Sequence record: OP557970.1
Length of the DNA: 64,000 bases
Strand: one strand, 5' to 3'
Source: Escherichia phage ph0021
Below the pieces are notes generated by a model. It saw only the letters and a program-made list of their open reading frames with translations, was not told the origin of the DNA and ran no database searches. Of this stretch, positions 8,323 through 17,484 are shown piece after piece. The position numbers and the translations under genes are program-made. Position 1 is the stretch's first letter. Each line of letters begins with the position of its first letter.

Positions 8323-8784
8323 TCATTGAGTTTTAATTACTGCTTTAGAAGCCTTTCCTGGTAAACGACGACTGTTAATAATTGCCATCCTGCATTGAAG
8401 CGACGGGTCTTTGAACTTCGCATTAGGTTTACAAACTGTAAATCCAAGCCAAAGATTTCCATCTGTGATTTCTAAACGTCCAGGACGATATTCAACCCCA
8501 TCAATAAAATCCTCGTCAATGTCAGGACGAAGAGGCATACTCAGGAATTCATTAACTTCTAAAACATGGTCTTTTATTTTATGGAATAATTCAAAAACGT
8601 ATGTCTCATCAATCTCCCGTTGAATTGCACGATCAAGAAGATGTTGAGAATATTTTAGATGAAACGATGAGACCCCTGCTGCTTTTGATGCCTCACGAAT
8701 CTCATTGTTAATTTGACGAAACTCCGACTCAAAGTGACGACGAAGCTTATTTCGACGGATAAAAACTTCTGTGTTGATAGTCAT
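8323..8784 (-). CDS. regB: RegB sequence-specific endoribonuclease
   Basis: 153 aa, same length and position as T4 RegB; sequence recognised. Confidence 0.9.
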   Translation of the reverse strand: MTINTEVFIRRNKLRRHFESEFRQINNEIREASKAAGVSSFHLKYSQHLLDRAIQREIDETYVFELFHKIKDHVLEVNEFLSMPLRPDIDEDFIDGVEYRPGRLEITDGNLWLGFTVCKPNAKFKDPSLQCRMAIINSRRLPGKASKAVIKTQ

Positions 8785-8811
8785 GTTATTCTCCTCTTAA
8801 CTGATAGAAAA

Positions 8812-8841
8812 ATTATACCACAGTCAAGAGGAAAAGTAAAC
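8812..8841 (-). promoter_or_regulatory. Early sigma70-type promoter for regB (GTTTAC, 18 nt, TATAAT)
   Basis: Minus strand GTTTACTTTTCCTCTTGACTGTGGTATAAT, then GAGGAG and ATG at 8784. Confidence 0.6.
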
Positions 8842-8843
8842 AG

Positions 8844-9122
8844 TTATTCTTTAAATCTAATCAATTTATTCATAGACTTTGAAACTTCTGCACGAACCTC
8901 ATGTAGATTTTTGAGCTGTTCAAGGCGCTGCGTATAGTAAGCAATTTCATCTTCTTCGAGGCAGTCCTGTGAATCTTCTTTAAGATAACGTGCATAGTCC
9001 TGGAAAGCTTTACGGACTACTTCCTGGAAATCATCAAGACTTTGAATTTTCTTAGGAGCAACAGATACACGACGAGGGGCAGTATAATACTCATAACCAA
9101 ACCCTGCGCTTAATTGAGCCAT
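8844..9122 (-). CDS. Hypothetical protein (vs.3 position)
   Basis: ORF 8844..9164 trimmed to ATG overlapping the upstream stop (TAATG). Confidence 0.5.
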   Translation of the reverse strand: MAQLSAGFGYEYYTAPRRVSVAPKKIQSLDDFQEVVRKAFQDYARYLKEDSQDCLEEDEIAYYTQRLEQLKNLHEVRAEVSKSMNKLIRFKE

Positions 9123-9388
9123 TAATATTTTTCCTCTGGTTGGAACACAGCACGACAAGCCCACATACTAGCTTCTTTGAGTTTCGTTTTAGCAATAGTT
9201 AACTGATCTAGGCTTTCAGCATAATTCTTTGCGAATTCGTAGTCTTCACAATTATCTAGTGCTTCCCAGAATTCATCGTATAAAGCATCAAAGATAAGTC
9301 CTAAACGAACTTCAGCGTCTTTGATAGCATTCACTTTACCGATTTTCTCTTCAGTATGCGGCTTATAACCTTTAATGTCTTCAATCAT
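9122..9388 (-). CDS. Vs.4/Acb2-like protein (candidate cyclic-oligonucleotide sponge, anti-CBASS)
   Basis: 88 aa from ATG at 9388 preceded by GAGGAAG; fourth ORF after regB, the position of T4 vs.4; assignment by position and recall only. Confidence 0.5.
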   Translation of the reverse strand: MIEDIKGYKPHTEEKIGKVNAIKDAEVRLGLIFDALYDEFWEALDNCEDYEFAKNYAESLDQLTIAKTKLKEASMWACRAVFQPEEKY

Positions 9389-9602
9389 ATTTGACTTCCT
9401 CACCAGTACATAAATCATATTCAACTAAACGAATAGGTTCATGAATGCCATATCCCTGAACAGAAATTTCTGTCGTAGGATAAATTCCATCAATATCACC
9501 CATATTCCACGCTTCGTTAAATTGCTGTTCGCCTGAATTACTAAACCACTCGGCGAAAGCATTTAGCACATCTTTAGAACCTTCAATAATTATCTTTGCC
9601 AT
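9381..9602 (-). CDS. Hypothetical protein (vs.5 position)
   Basis: 73 aa ORF. Confidence 0.5.
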   Translation of the reverse strand: MAKIIIEGSKDVLNAFAEWFSNSGEQQFNEAWNMGDIDGIYPTTEISVQGYGIHEPIRLVEYDLCTGEEVKYD

Positions 9603-9964
9603 TACAAACTCTCGGTGAAGGTACGAGCGATAACGTCGCGCTGCTGTTCCGGAGTCAGAGAGTTAAAGCGAACTGCATAACCGGATACACGGATGGTCAG
9701 TTGCGGATATTTGTCCGGATGCTTAACTGCATCTTCCAGAGTTTCACGACGCAGAACGTTAACGTTCAGATGTTGACCACCTTCAATTTTAACTGTAGGC
9801 TGTTGCTCAATTTCAATTTCACGGGCATGCAAACCATAGAAAATTTCTGGGTCTACAAAAGAGTCCTCTTTAAAGGTTTTAGAAACGATAATTCGTGCTT
9901 GAATACCATCTTCAAAATAAATAGTGCCTTTGTGTGTGCCTTCAAGAATTTGATATGCTTTCAT
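9602..9964 (-). CDS. GrcA/YfiD-like autonomous glycyl-radical cofactor
   Basis: 120 aa; C-terminal [59 protein letters not shown] carries the RVSGYAV glycyl-radical motif. Confidence 0.75.
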   Translation of the reverse strand: MKAYQILEGTHKGTIYFEDGIQARIIVSKTFKEDSFVDPEIFYGLHAREIEIEQQPTVKIEGGQHLNVNVLRRETLEDAVKHPDKYPQLTIRVSGYAVRFNSLTPEQQRDVIARTFTESL

Positions 9965-9971
9965 ATAAACC

Positions 9972-10352
9972 TCAATTAGAAAATAAATTTATCCAAGATT
10001 GTTCTTTAATTAAAAACGGCTCAGAATCATATGCCATTAAACTTTGCGTAATTAATCCTTTAAAAGGTCCATCAATAAATTCCATGGTAAAATACGGAAT
10101 TTTATTCATTAATCTTGCATTAGGAGCAGTGCACAAAACTCTGCATCCTTTAAATACACCTTTTTGTAATTTGTATTGCTTGGGATAAAATTCGCTCAAA
10201 ATGTTATTATTTGCTAAAATTTCAAAATGATTCACCAATTTATTTTTAATAGTTTTTGGCGAAAAATAAAGATATTCGAAAAGCTGAGTGTCTGTCATCA
10301 TTGCATTCCGATTACGAAAAACTGTGGACGAGTAATACCACCAATGCAACAT
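9972..10352 (-). CDS. Hypothetical protein, possibly 3-prime part of a split gene
   Basis: 126 aa ORF overlapping upstream ORF by 55 nt in a different frame. Confidence 0.4.
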   Translation of the reverse strand: MLHWWYYSSTVFRNRNAMMTDTQLFEYLYFSPKTIKNKLVNHFEILANNNILSEFYPKQYKLQKGVFKGCRVLCTAPNARLMNKIPYFTMEFIDGPFKGLITQSLMAYDSEPFLIKEQSWINLFSN

Positions 10353-10837
10353 TTACTATTGCAGCAGTATTGCACAGTTTCAATATGAATATCGTAAATT
10401 TTATCCATATCAGGAGATTTAACAGGCTCATCAATTATATACAAAATTCGTGAAAGCGATAAACCTCTGAACTTGCTACCTCTATTACCAACAAAACTAC
10501 GGACAGAATCAGTAAATAAACGAAAACGTATATCATCATTAGAATAACGCGAAAATTCCTTTTTAATGTTATTTGCAGAAATTTTAGCGTAAGCTGAAGT
10601 ATTAGAAAGAACAATAACTGTTCCGCCATCATACAACCAATTAGCAGCAAAGTTAGTCACAGCAATTGATTTACCGGATTGACGTCCACCATCTATACGA
10701 AGTGTGCAGTACTGTTTAAGTAATTCTTCAAATGGCAGGATATAATCGTTTTTACAGATTTCTTCTACTCTAGCATCAGAATGATGTGTAAAAGCATTCA
10801 TCAGGGATAGATAAGGACCAGTTAAAAATGTTCTCAT
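10298..10837 (-). CDS. P-loop protein (Walker A/B)
   Basis: ORF 10298..10888 trimmed to ATG at 10837 (MRTF...); GGRQSGKS Walker A and ILYIIDEP Walker B. Confidence 0.45.
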   Translation of the reverse strand: MRTFLTGPYLSLMNAFTHHSDARVEEICKNDYILPFEELLKQYCTLRIDGGRQSGKSIAVTNFAANWLYDGGTVIVLSNTSAYAKISANNIKKEFSRYSNDDIRFRLFTDSVRSFVGNRGSKFRGLSLSRILYIIDEPVKSPDMDKIYDIHIETVQYCCNSKCCIGGITRPQFFVIGMQ

Positions 10838-10993
10838 GTTATTTCTCTTAAGGTTTTTGGGCCATTCCGTGGCGCATGAATTGTCCATTTCTGTATTTAC
10901 CCATTACCGCACTCAGGCTCGACCTTATTACAGGTTGGCGGGAATCCCTCATAGAATCATGAGGTCCAGGTTGTTCCCATATTTCTTATTTGC

Positions 10994-11467
10994 TTATTTG
11001 AACGATTTAACGTACTGAATAGAACCTTTACTATTTACAAAGGCAATTTTACCATTTTTATTATACATGGTAGCAGTACGCTGATAGCCATAAGTTTGCT
11101 TACCAGATTGATAACCAACTAATGCAAAATTATCTTCACCCATTTTATTCTGTTTAGCGCGAATACGTTCATGGCCATGTGCCATAAGAACCTTAGCATC
11201 ACCAGTTGCAATGGATCGACGAGTTTTTTCATCTTCAACTGTATTAACAAAATCGTCAAATGAATCAAATTTAGCATGAGATTTATTATACAGTTTTCCA
11301 TCTACTGCATAATTATATCCTTGTACATCCATCTCAACTTCTGTACCATCATCCAATACAGCAGTGATTTTCTGACCTTTTTTAAATTTCAAAAGATCAG
11401 TAAAAGATTCAGCAATAATTTGAGAATTAATAGCTGCTTCAGTGATAAATTCTTGATATGTTTTCAT
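10994..11467 (-). CDS. Internal protein, IPIII-like, with capsid-targeting leader
   Basis: 157 aa; N-terminal MKTYQEFITE with LxE cleavage motif for the gp21 protease; lies just downstream of e as ipIII does in T4. Confidence 0.6.
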   Translation of the reverse strand: MKTYQEFITEAAINSQIIAESFTDLLKFKKGQKITAVLDDGTEVEMDVQGYNYAVDGKLYNKSHAKFDSFDDFVNTVEDEKTRRSIATGDAKVLMAHGHERIRAKQNKMGEDNFALVGYQSGKQTYGYQRTATMYNKNGKIAFVNSKGSIQYVKSFK

Positions 11468-11521
11468 ATGTTTCCTTTAAATATTTTAATTAGTAATTTG
11501 TCTCTTCGAGCAACTGTGAAT

Positions 11522-11551
11522 ATACTATCACAATTCTAGGAGAAAGTAAAC
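11522..11551 (-). promoter_or_regulatory. Early promoter for the IPIII-like gene (GTTTAC, 18 nt, TAGTAT)
   Basis: -35 at 11546-11551 and -10 at 11522-11527 on minus strand, overlapping the 3-prime end of e. Confidence 0.5.
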
Positions 11552-11555
11552 AACT

Positions 11556-12086
<531 letters not shown>

Positions 12087-12542
12087 TTAAAAGAGGCTGT
12101 TCATTATTCGGTAAAGTGAAGGACCCATCACATATTGCCACTGAGTACGAGGAATAAGAGCAAAAGCATCCATCTCTGGAATCATAACGCCATCTTTATT
12201 TTCAAAATAAGACTCGCAATGGCAATTTCTAAACATCTCATGCTCTACTGGAATCGTATAATAAAATAACTGTAAGTCTTTATTACTAGAATATTTAAAT
12301 ACACCTAGGTCTTCTAGAAGGTCTGGATTATAATTGCTAAAACCAGTCTCTTCTAAGCATTCTCTTTTTGCAGCTTCCAGTGCATTCAAATCAGAACTTT
12401 CTACACGCCCCTTTGGAATATCCCAGCGATGTGCCATCATTCCAGGCTTACGAGAACCAGTAACCCGACCCATAAATAAATCTTTATCTTCTGTCATAAA
12501 GATAATACCAGCTGATAGTGTTTTCATTTTAATTTCCTGCAT
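12087..12542 (-). CDS. nudE: Nudix hydrolase NudE (e.1)
   Basis: 151 aa; Nudix box GRVESSDLNALEAAKRECLEETG; position after e as in T4. Confidence 0.85.
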   Translation of the reverse strand: MQEIKMKTLSAGIIFMTEDKDLFMGRVTGSRKPGMMAHRWDIPKGRVESSDLNALEAAKRECLEETGFSNYNPDLLEDLGVFKYSSNKDLQLFYYTIPVEHEMFRNCHCESYFENKDGVMIPEMDAFALIPRTQWQYVMGPSLYRIMNSLF

Positions 12543-13012
12543 TCAGTGATAAAGTTATTTAAATTTTGAGTATATTTCTTTTCATCAAAAATCTTTTGTT
12601 GTCTGCGTAGCCGCCATGGCATTTCAATGAACGTGCACCATATCCCAGATAATATTGCTGCTGTCAAAATATTAACAAGTATGGTTAAAAGAATCCAATC
12701 TTCTATTCTGTCCATTGGATTTTTTATGAAAAAGTAAAATACGAATGATGTCACAGGAAGACTAATAATATACCACAGAATCATAATCTTATCTGTGAAC
12801 CAATCAGCGTTCGTTAACTTAGCGCGACCATTATAAATACACACGAATTTATCATCTGTTGCAGTAGATGACTTAACTGGTTGATATCCCATTCTAAACT
12901 CCCTAATCAACAAATTTTTCATATCTTCTGAACAGCCATTCCAGTCAACTCTATCAACTGGAATGCCATCATCCCCATCATCTAAATCATACCAGCGAGT
13001 TTTTAAAATCAT
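12524..13012 (-). CDS. Small membrane protein, member of a tandem paralog trio
   Basis: 162 aa; two hydrophobic segments; C-terminal FITECRKLK shared with the next two ORFs. Confidence 0.5.
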   Translation of the reverse strand: MILKTRWYDLDDGDDGIPVDRVDWNGCSEDMKNLLIREFRMGYQPVKSSTATDDKFVCIYNGRAKLTNADWFTDKIMILWYIISLPVTSFVFYFFIKNPMDRIEDWILLTILVNILTAAILSGIWCTFIEMPWRLRRQQKIFDEKKYTQNLNNFITECRKLK

Positions 13013-13371
13013 TTAATTTTCCTGCAATCGCTCACAAACTCTTTCATTGATTCATTTTCAATATAAGACATGTAGTTATTATATTCTTTTAACTGTATTT
13101 TGTAATCCTTTTTTCTTTGCCAATTTATTTTAAAATTATCATAATGAAAATATAACATGGTACCAAAGAATGAAAATAATGAAATAATTTTAGTATAGTG
13201 AAGTTCACTCCAAACTTCTGTTATATTTACTGTGCCGTCGATGTTTAAAATAAGACAGTCAATTAACAATCCAAAAAGACTACCCGCAAGAGCTGCAGCC
13301 AACGCCACAGCAAAAATTAAAAATGACTCAGGAAGCGAATATTTGACTTTATTTAGTTTTGGCTTTTGCAT
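13009..13371 (-). CDS. Small membrane protein, member of a tandem paralog trio
   Basis: 120 aa; hydrophobic segments; C-terminal FVSDCRKIK. Confidence 0.5.
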   Translation of the reverse strand: MQKPKLNKVKYSLPESFLIFAVALAAALAGSLFGLLIDCLILNIDGTVNITEVWSELHYTKIISLFSFFGTMLYFHYDNFKINWQRKKDYKIQLKEYNNYMSYIENESMKEFVSDCRKIK

Positions 13372-13766
13372 CGTGATTCCTTAACAAATTTCATAATTTC
13401 ATCAAATTCATATGCAGCAAGTTTAAGCTGGTGTTCCTTTTTAATCTTTTTACACTGCGCTTTCCAATCACGTACGCGTTTACGATAATGTCTTCCTTGA
13501 TACCAGTATCCTACCCAATTTACCGGTACTAATAAAAGTGGAACTACCAATGGAAGAATTAGCATTAACACAAGTATTTCGCCAGAATCAATATCAGTCA
13601 TAACATCTAAAACACCTCCAATAATCAATAGAATTACAAATGATATGAGTATAACAGGACCTATTAACGCATCAGTAGAAATTATCTGACGCTTTGATTC
13701 ATACTTCAACGGTTTACTTGGAAGGTATAGTGATGGTTTTGACATATTCTCTACATTCCTTAACAA
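13353..13766 (-). CDS. Small membrane protein, member of a tandem paralog trio
   Basis: 137 aa; hydrophobic segments; C-terminal FVKESRCKSQN. Confidence 0.5.
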   Translation of the reverse strand: MLRNVENMSKPSLYLPSKPLKYESKRQIISTDALIGPVILISFVILLIIGGVLDVMTDIDSGEILVLMLILPLVVPLLLVPVNWVGYWYQGRHYRKRVRDWKAQCKKIKKEHQLKLAAYEFDEIMKFVKESRCKSQN

Positions 13767-14328
13767 ATTTTTCTAATAATAAATCGCTTTCAAAATTTGG
13801 ATTTTCTACGAATTTATCAAAAAGATCATCAACAATAGTCAAGATATTCTTTTTACTAAGAATACGCTTATTTTCATATTTTGTTTCAGAGTCAACTATA
13901 AGAGTAAAGAAATATTTCTTTCCCTGAAATTTTACCGTAGTATCAATATAAAATAAATTTGATTTTTGTAAATTACGTTTAAACCATGCATCACTTAAAC
14001 TATAAACGCCAAGATAATCATAATCGTCGTTTAAATAACAAACCGTCCATTCAGGAGAAATGAAATCAGTAAATTCAACATCAAAATCACACGTCAATGA
14101 ATGAATTGATTCAATACTGTTAATGAGTATTCCAGGACGTATTAAAGACTTTTTACCTCTAGAAAATCTTCCGGAAAGGCTTTCATCGGTTTCATATGAA
14201 GACCCCCAATAGTAATTACGTCCTTCTGCCATGCGTTTAAGAGCATTTAGTAATTGGTCTGGAACATCAACCTGTCTTTGGAACTCTTCAAACATTGAAT
14301 TGAAATCACTTTGCATTTTCATTTTCAT
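13714..14328 (-). CDS. Hypothetical protein (204 aa)
   Basis: ORF with GGAG 9 nt upstream of the ATG at 14328. Confidence 0.5.
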   Translation of the reverse strand: MKMKMQSDFNSMFEEFQRQVDVPDQLLNALKRMAEGRNYYWGSSYETDESLSGRFSRGKKSLIRPGILINSIESIHSLTCDFDVEFTDFISPEWTVCYLNDDYDYLGVYSLSDAWFKRNLQKSNLFYIDTTVKFQGKKYFFTLIVDSETKYENKRILSKKNILTIVDDLFDKFVENPNFESDLLLEKFVKECREYVKTITIPSK

Positions 14329-14349
14329 TCCTATTTACTCCAAGTATAA

Positions 14350-14363
14350 GGGGCCGAAGCCCC
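14350..14363 (-). other. UUCG-tetraloop hairpin (RNA stability element or weak terminator)
   Basis: Minus strand GGGGC-UUCG-GCCCC, 6 nt after the stop of ORF 14370..14963; no U-run follows. Confidence 0.3.
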
Positions 14364-14369
14364 TTATCA

Positions 14370-14963
14370 TTATTTCAGAGAATTAATATATTCCTGAACA
14401 TCGGCAGAGGTAGTTTCAACCCCAGAAATATTACCGTTAAAGGTTTCAACTCGAGCAAGGGTATCTTCAATATCAACCTTAGTCAGTGCTGCAATTTCAA
14501 CTACATCATCGGCAGTACTAATTCCAAGGGCATTTGCTGCACGAGTTTCACGGATATATTCCAATTTAACAGCAAGTTCTTGACGAGCATCATCTAACTC
14601 AACTACTTTCTTGGCGATTTCAATTCGCATTTCAGCATAACCGTCAGCCTTAGTAGTCAACTGCTCAGCTGTTCGACGATATAGTAAACCGAGTTTAGCA
14701 TGCATTGTTACATCTTGGCCTTCGGAAAGAAGTTTACGAATTTCACGCTCTTTTGATTCAGCCTGTCGATTCTTTTCGACAATAAGTTCACGAATACGTT
14801 TTTCTTCATTAATAGATTTAACAGAAGCAGTTTTTAGGTCTTTAATTTTATCAAGTAGTTTTGCTGCTGCAGCAGTATACTGTTCTTCGACAGATAGATT
14901 TTTAGCCATAGCAGAGCCAAGTTTAGTGCGAATAAACTCAACAATTTTCTTCAGTGTGTTCAT
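14370..14963 (-). CDS. Coiled-coil protein (197 aa), possibly PspA/IM30-like
   Basis: ORF with heptad-rich Glu/Lys/Arg/Leu composition throughout; fold assignment is a guess. Confidence 0.45.
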   Translation of the reverse strand: MNTLKKIVEFIRTKLGSAMAKNLSVEEQYTAAAAKLLDKIKDLKTASVKSINEEKRIRELIVEKNRQAESKEREIRKLLSEGQDVTMHAKLGLLYRRTAEQLTTKADGYAEMRIEIAKKVVELDDARQELAVKLEYIRETRAANALGISTADDVVEIAALTKVDIEDTLARVETFNGNISGVETTSADVQEYINSLK

Positions 14964-15037
14964 AGTATTTCCTTAGGTTGATTAAGATTTAAAATCCGTA
15001 AAAGTAGTATTATACTCTATCATCAAGTTACAGGCTC

Positions 15038-15067
15038 ATAATATCTCAATCATGAGCCTATGTAAAC
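15038..15067 (-). promoter_or_regulatory. Early promoter (GTTTAC, 18 nt, TATTAT) with inverted repeat around the -10
   Basis: -35 at 15062-15067 abuts the stop of ORF 15068; 8-bp inverted repeat AGGCTCAT/ATGAGCCT at 15033-15040 and 15053-15060. Confidence 0.45.
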
Positions 15068-15331
15068 TTATTTCATATTATTGAAATATTCTTCTGCGAT
15101 TTCGTCGTTATCGTGGTAAACTTTAGAAGACAGTTTAACATAACCTTCTGCTGTGAACATGTTAATCACAACCTTTACAGTATACCACTGACCGTCTTCA
15201 TTACCCATTACTGCGTAAGTTTCAAACATCGGATGATCAGGACCGATAACTTTAATATCATTCACTGTACGACCGAAATCTTCTGAAACGCATTTCATAA
15301 AGAAGTTGAACAGTTCGCCGTAATTATCCAT
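15068..15331 (-). CDS. Hypothetical protein (87 aa)
   Basis: ORF 15068..15343 trimmed to ATG at 15331 after GGAG; same promoter and leader module as the gene at 969. Confidence 0.5.
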   Translation of the reverse strand: MDNYGELFNFFMKCVSEDFGRTVNDIKVIGPDHPMFETYAVMGNEDGQWYTVKVVINMFTAEGYVKLSSKVYHDNDEIAEEYFNNMK

Positions 15332-15374
15332 TTCATTCTCCAAGCTGTTTTCTGTATCAGTAGTTGATAGTTGT

Positions 15375-15420
15375 ATAGTACCATGGAAGAACAGAGATGT
15401 AAACAGTTTTGTGAAAAAAT
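15375..15420 (-). promoter_or_regulatory. T4-type early promoter (GTTTAC, 18 nt, TACTAT)
   Basis: -35 at 15399-15404 and -10 at 15375-15380 on minus strand, with A/T tract upstream. Confidence 0.5.
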
Positions 15421-15535
15421 TTTTTAAAAGTTTTAGGGAATTCTAGGGAGGGAAGGGGCAATTAAAGGATAGGATAATATATTATAAAGGGTAGAAACTA
15501 AATGATGCCTAGAGAGGCCCAGAAAGGTCTAGATG

Positions 15536-15564
15536 CCAAAAAGCCCTATCATTTAGATAGGGCT
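15536..15564 (-). terminator. Rho-independent terminator
   Basis: Minus strand AGCCCTATC-loop-GATAGGGCT followed by UUUUU, directly after the stop of ORF 15571..16137. Confidence 0.5.
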
Positions 15565-15570
15565 TTAAAA

Positions 15571-16137
15571 TTATTTGCTTAGTTTAGTTATTATAGCTTC
15601 TGCGGCAGCTTTTAGCTTAGATGCGGTGTTAATACGATTTTTAATTTCAGTATACGCATCGCCAAGAACATCAAGGCTATCGGAATAAACACTTACACTA
15701 TTGCGTTCGCTATTTGAAATAGAACCTTTAGTTTTGCGATCAAAATCGGTGTACACGTCTTGAAGATCACGGGCTGCCTTCTTTGCATCATCCAATGCAT
15801 CAAGAGCTTTATTCAAAGCATTAACATATTTTTTAGTGTCGAACATATTCTTAGAAATTTTGACAGGTGCACGTTCAGGAGTAGCTAAGGCAGATTTAGG
15901 AAGAACCTGTTTGCCAGATGCCAGTTTCTTAGAAATTTTGAAAAACGCTTTATTGAAATTATTTTCTTGACTCATCGTAAAAGAACTATTATCAATGTTA
16001 TACATTTCAATAGCTTTAGCTTTCCACTTAAGAAAATCGCCACGGTCTTTTGGGTCCAAGTGGAAGAATACTTTAGTAAGATCTGCTTCAGATGGTAATT
16101 TTGCTGCTTCGGTTAAAAATTCGGCGTAGGTTTTCAT
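15571..16137 (-). CDS. Internal-protein-like protein with capsid-targeting leader
   Basis: 188 aa; N-terminal MKTYAEFLTEA (LxE motif) as in T4 internal proteins. Confidence 0.55.
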   Translation of the reverse strand: MKTYAEFLTEAAKLPSEADLTKVFFHLDPKDRGDFLKWKAKAIEMYNIDNSSFTMSQENNFNKAFFKISKKLASGKQVLPKSALATPERAPVKISKNMFDTKKYVNALNKALDALDDAKKAARDLQDVYTDFDRKTKGSISNSERNSVSVYSDSLDVLGDAYTEIKNRINTASKLKAAAEAIITKLSK

Positions 16138-16218
16138 TTAAAATCCTTGAAATAATTTATTGGTTATTAATTATTTATCACGTTGTTATATGTAACAGCA
16201 TTCTCCGAGCGATTCAAA

Positions 16219-16247
16219 CTAAAAAGCCCCAACCTTTTGGTCGGGGC
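16219..16247 (-). terminator. Rho-independent terminator
   Basis: Minus strand GCCCCGACC-AAAA-GGUUGGGGC followed by UUUUU after the stop at 16256. Confidence 0.5.
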
Positions 16248-16255
16248 TAAGAATG

Positions 16256-16525
16256 TTATTTGATTTGTTTAGCAGACCAAATGCGGTCTTTGATGATTTT
16301 TTGGAGGTCTTCAACATACTCTAGGTCATGAGCATGTGGATTATCTTTGAAACTATGAGCTCGCGCAAGTTTCTGGCCTTCGGTTTTGATTACTAAAAGC
16401 TCTTTAAGGATAGCTTCATATTTAGCGATAATTCCTTTAACGATATTTTTTTTCTTGTGCAGCTTTAGGATCTGCTTTAGGAGCAGGTTTACCCGAAGCC
16501 TTTGCAAAAGCAGCGCCAGTAGCAA
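16256..16525 (-). CDS. Downstream reading frame of a split internal-protein-like gene
   Basis: ORF in the +1 frame relative to 16437..16730; continuous with it if the A8 run at 16446-16453 is read as A7. Confidence 0.35.
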   Translation of the reverse strand: MLLALLLQRLRVNLLLKQILKLHKKKNIVKGIIAKYEAILKELLVIKTEGQKLARAHSFKDNPHAHDLEYVEDLQKIIKDRIWSAKQIK

Positions 16526-16730
16526 CTAAACTTTTCCAGGCCATACTAACTGCATTTCCCGTAAATCCTTCTGCTTTCATGTCGCGAGCAAACTGGAATC
16601 GTGATTCGTCAGAAGCATCTTTATAGGAATATTTACCCGCTGCAATGGCTGCTTTTGCGACAGCTTGAATTTCGGTGCTAGATGCTTCATTTAACACCGC
16701 TTCATTTAAAAATTGAGCATATGATTTCAT
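16437..16730 (-). CDS. Internal-protein-like protein with capsid-targeting leader (possibly truncated by frameshift)
   Basis: 97 aa; N-terminal MKSYAQFLNEA; stops 3 codons after an A8 homopolymer; late promoter 30 nt upstream. Confidence 0.5.
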   Translation of the reverse strand: MKSYAQFLNEAVLNEASSTEIQAVAKAAIAAGKYSYKDASDESRFQFARDMKAEGFTGNAVSMAWKSLVATGAAFAKASGKPAPKADPKAAQEKKYR

Positions 16731-16760
16731 CTTATTTCCTGTTTTAATTCGTGGATTTAA

Positions 16761-16768
16761 TATACTAC
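16761..16768 (-). promoter_or_regulatory. Late promoter (TATAAATA)
   Basis: Minus strand TATAAATA about 30 nt upstream of the ATG at 16730. Confidence 0.5.
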
Positions 16769-16797
16769 TGTATTTATACTAAAAAGCCCCAACCTTT
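16769..16797 (-). terminator. Rho-independent terminator
   Basis: Minus strand GCCCCGACCGAAAGGUUGGGGC followed by UUUUU, at the 3-prime end of the noncoding RNA region. Confidence 0.5.
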
Positions 16798-17110
16798 CGG
16801 TCGGGGCTAAGCCTTGCGGCAACCTTGTCGTGGTTCCACCTGCTAAGGCAAGTGTTTGTACGAAACGCCGGGATTCGAACCCGGTTATTAAGTAGTTGAC
16901 GCTACTCAATATTTTTAAAAGGCCATATCTCGACCATATCCGAACGTTCCGTCAAAAACGCTACTCGGCTTACGGCAAAGATATTTCCTCGAATCGATAA
17001 TTCGGTGCGCCGTTTCTGCTGTGATAGTAAAGAGCCAGAACACAGTAAAACTGTGGGAGGAAACTATACTCCAGGGAACATCAGTCCGACGACTTACCGG
17101 TAGCGACCCG
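16798..17110 (-). ncRNA. Candidate stable structured RNA(s) downstream of tRNA-Arg (position of T4 species 1/2 RNAs, rnaC/rnaD)
   Basis: About 310 nt with no ORF; tRNA-like T-arm CCGGGTTCGAATCCCGG, several hairpins, terminator at 3-prime end. Confidence 0.35.
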
Positions 17111-17115
17111 GTTTC

Positions 17116-17466
17116 TTAATATTCTTTTAAAGAATCAATATATTCACGGCGTTTACGCCACAAATCAATTGCTTCATACGCGGATTCAGCATTTCGAATT
17201 AGCCGGCATTTATGTAAAGACTTATGATTTTGATATTGTGTAGATAACGGAATTGTATCTAAAAGGTCTTTACGATCAAAATATTCGTAACCATCTAAAC
17301 CAAATGAACGATTTTTGAGAAATTGCCAATGACCATATTCGTTTTCGACATAAACATAATCTGCATGCTGATAAAGCAAATTAATTACACGTTCAGAAAT
17401 AACAGTATCATTATGATTAAAATAGAATGTTAAATCATGAACTACTAAATAAACATTACCTTTCAT
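17116..17466 (-). CDS. Hypothetical protein (116 aa) within the tRNA region
   Basis: ORF between tRNA-Arg and the noncoding RNA region. Confidence 0.5.
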   Translation of the reverse strand: MKGNVYLVVHDLTFYFNHNDTVISERVINLLYQHADYVYVENEYGHWQFLKNRSFGLDGYEYFDRKDLLDTIPLSTQYQNHKSLHKCRLIRNAESAYEAIDLWRKRREYIDSLKEY

Positions 17467-17484
17467 ATTTTCCTCACTTATAAT

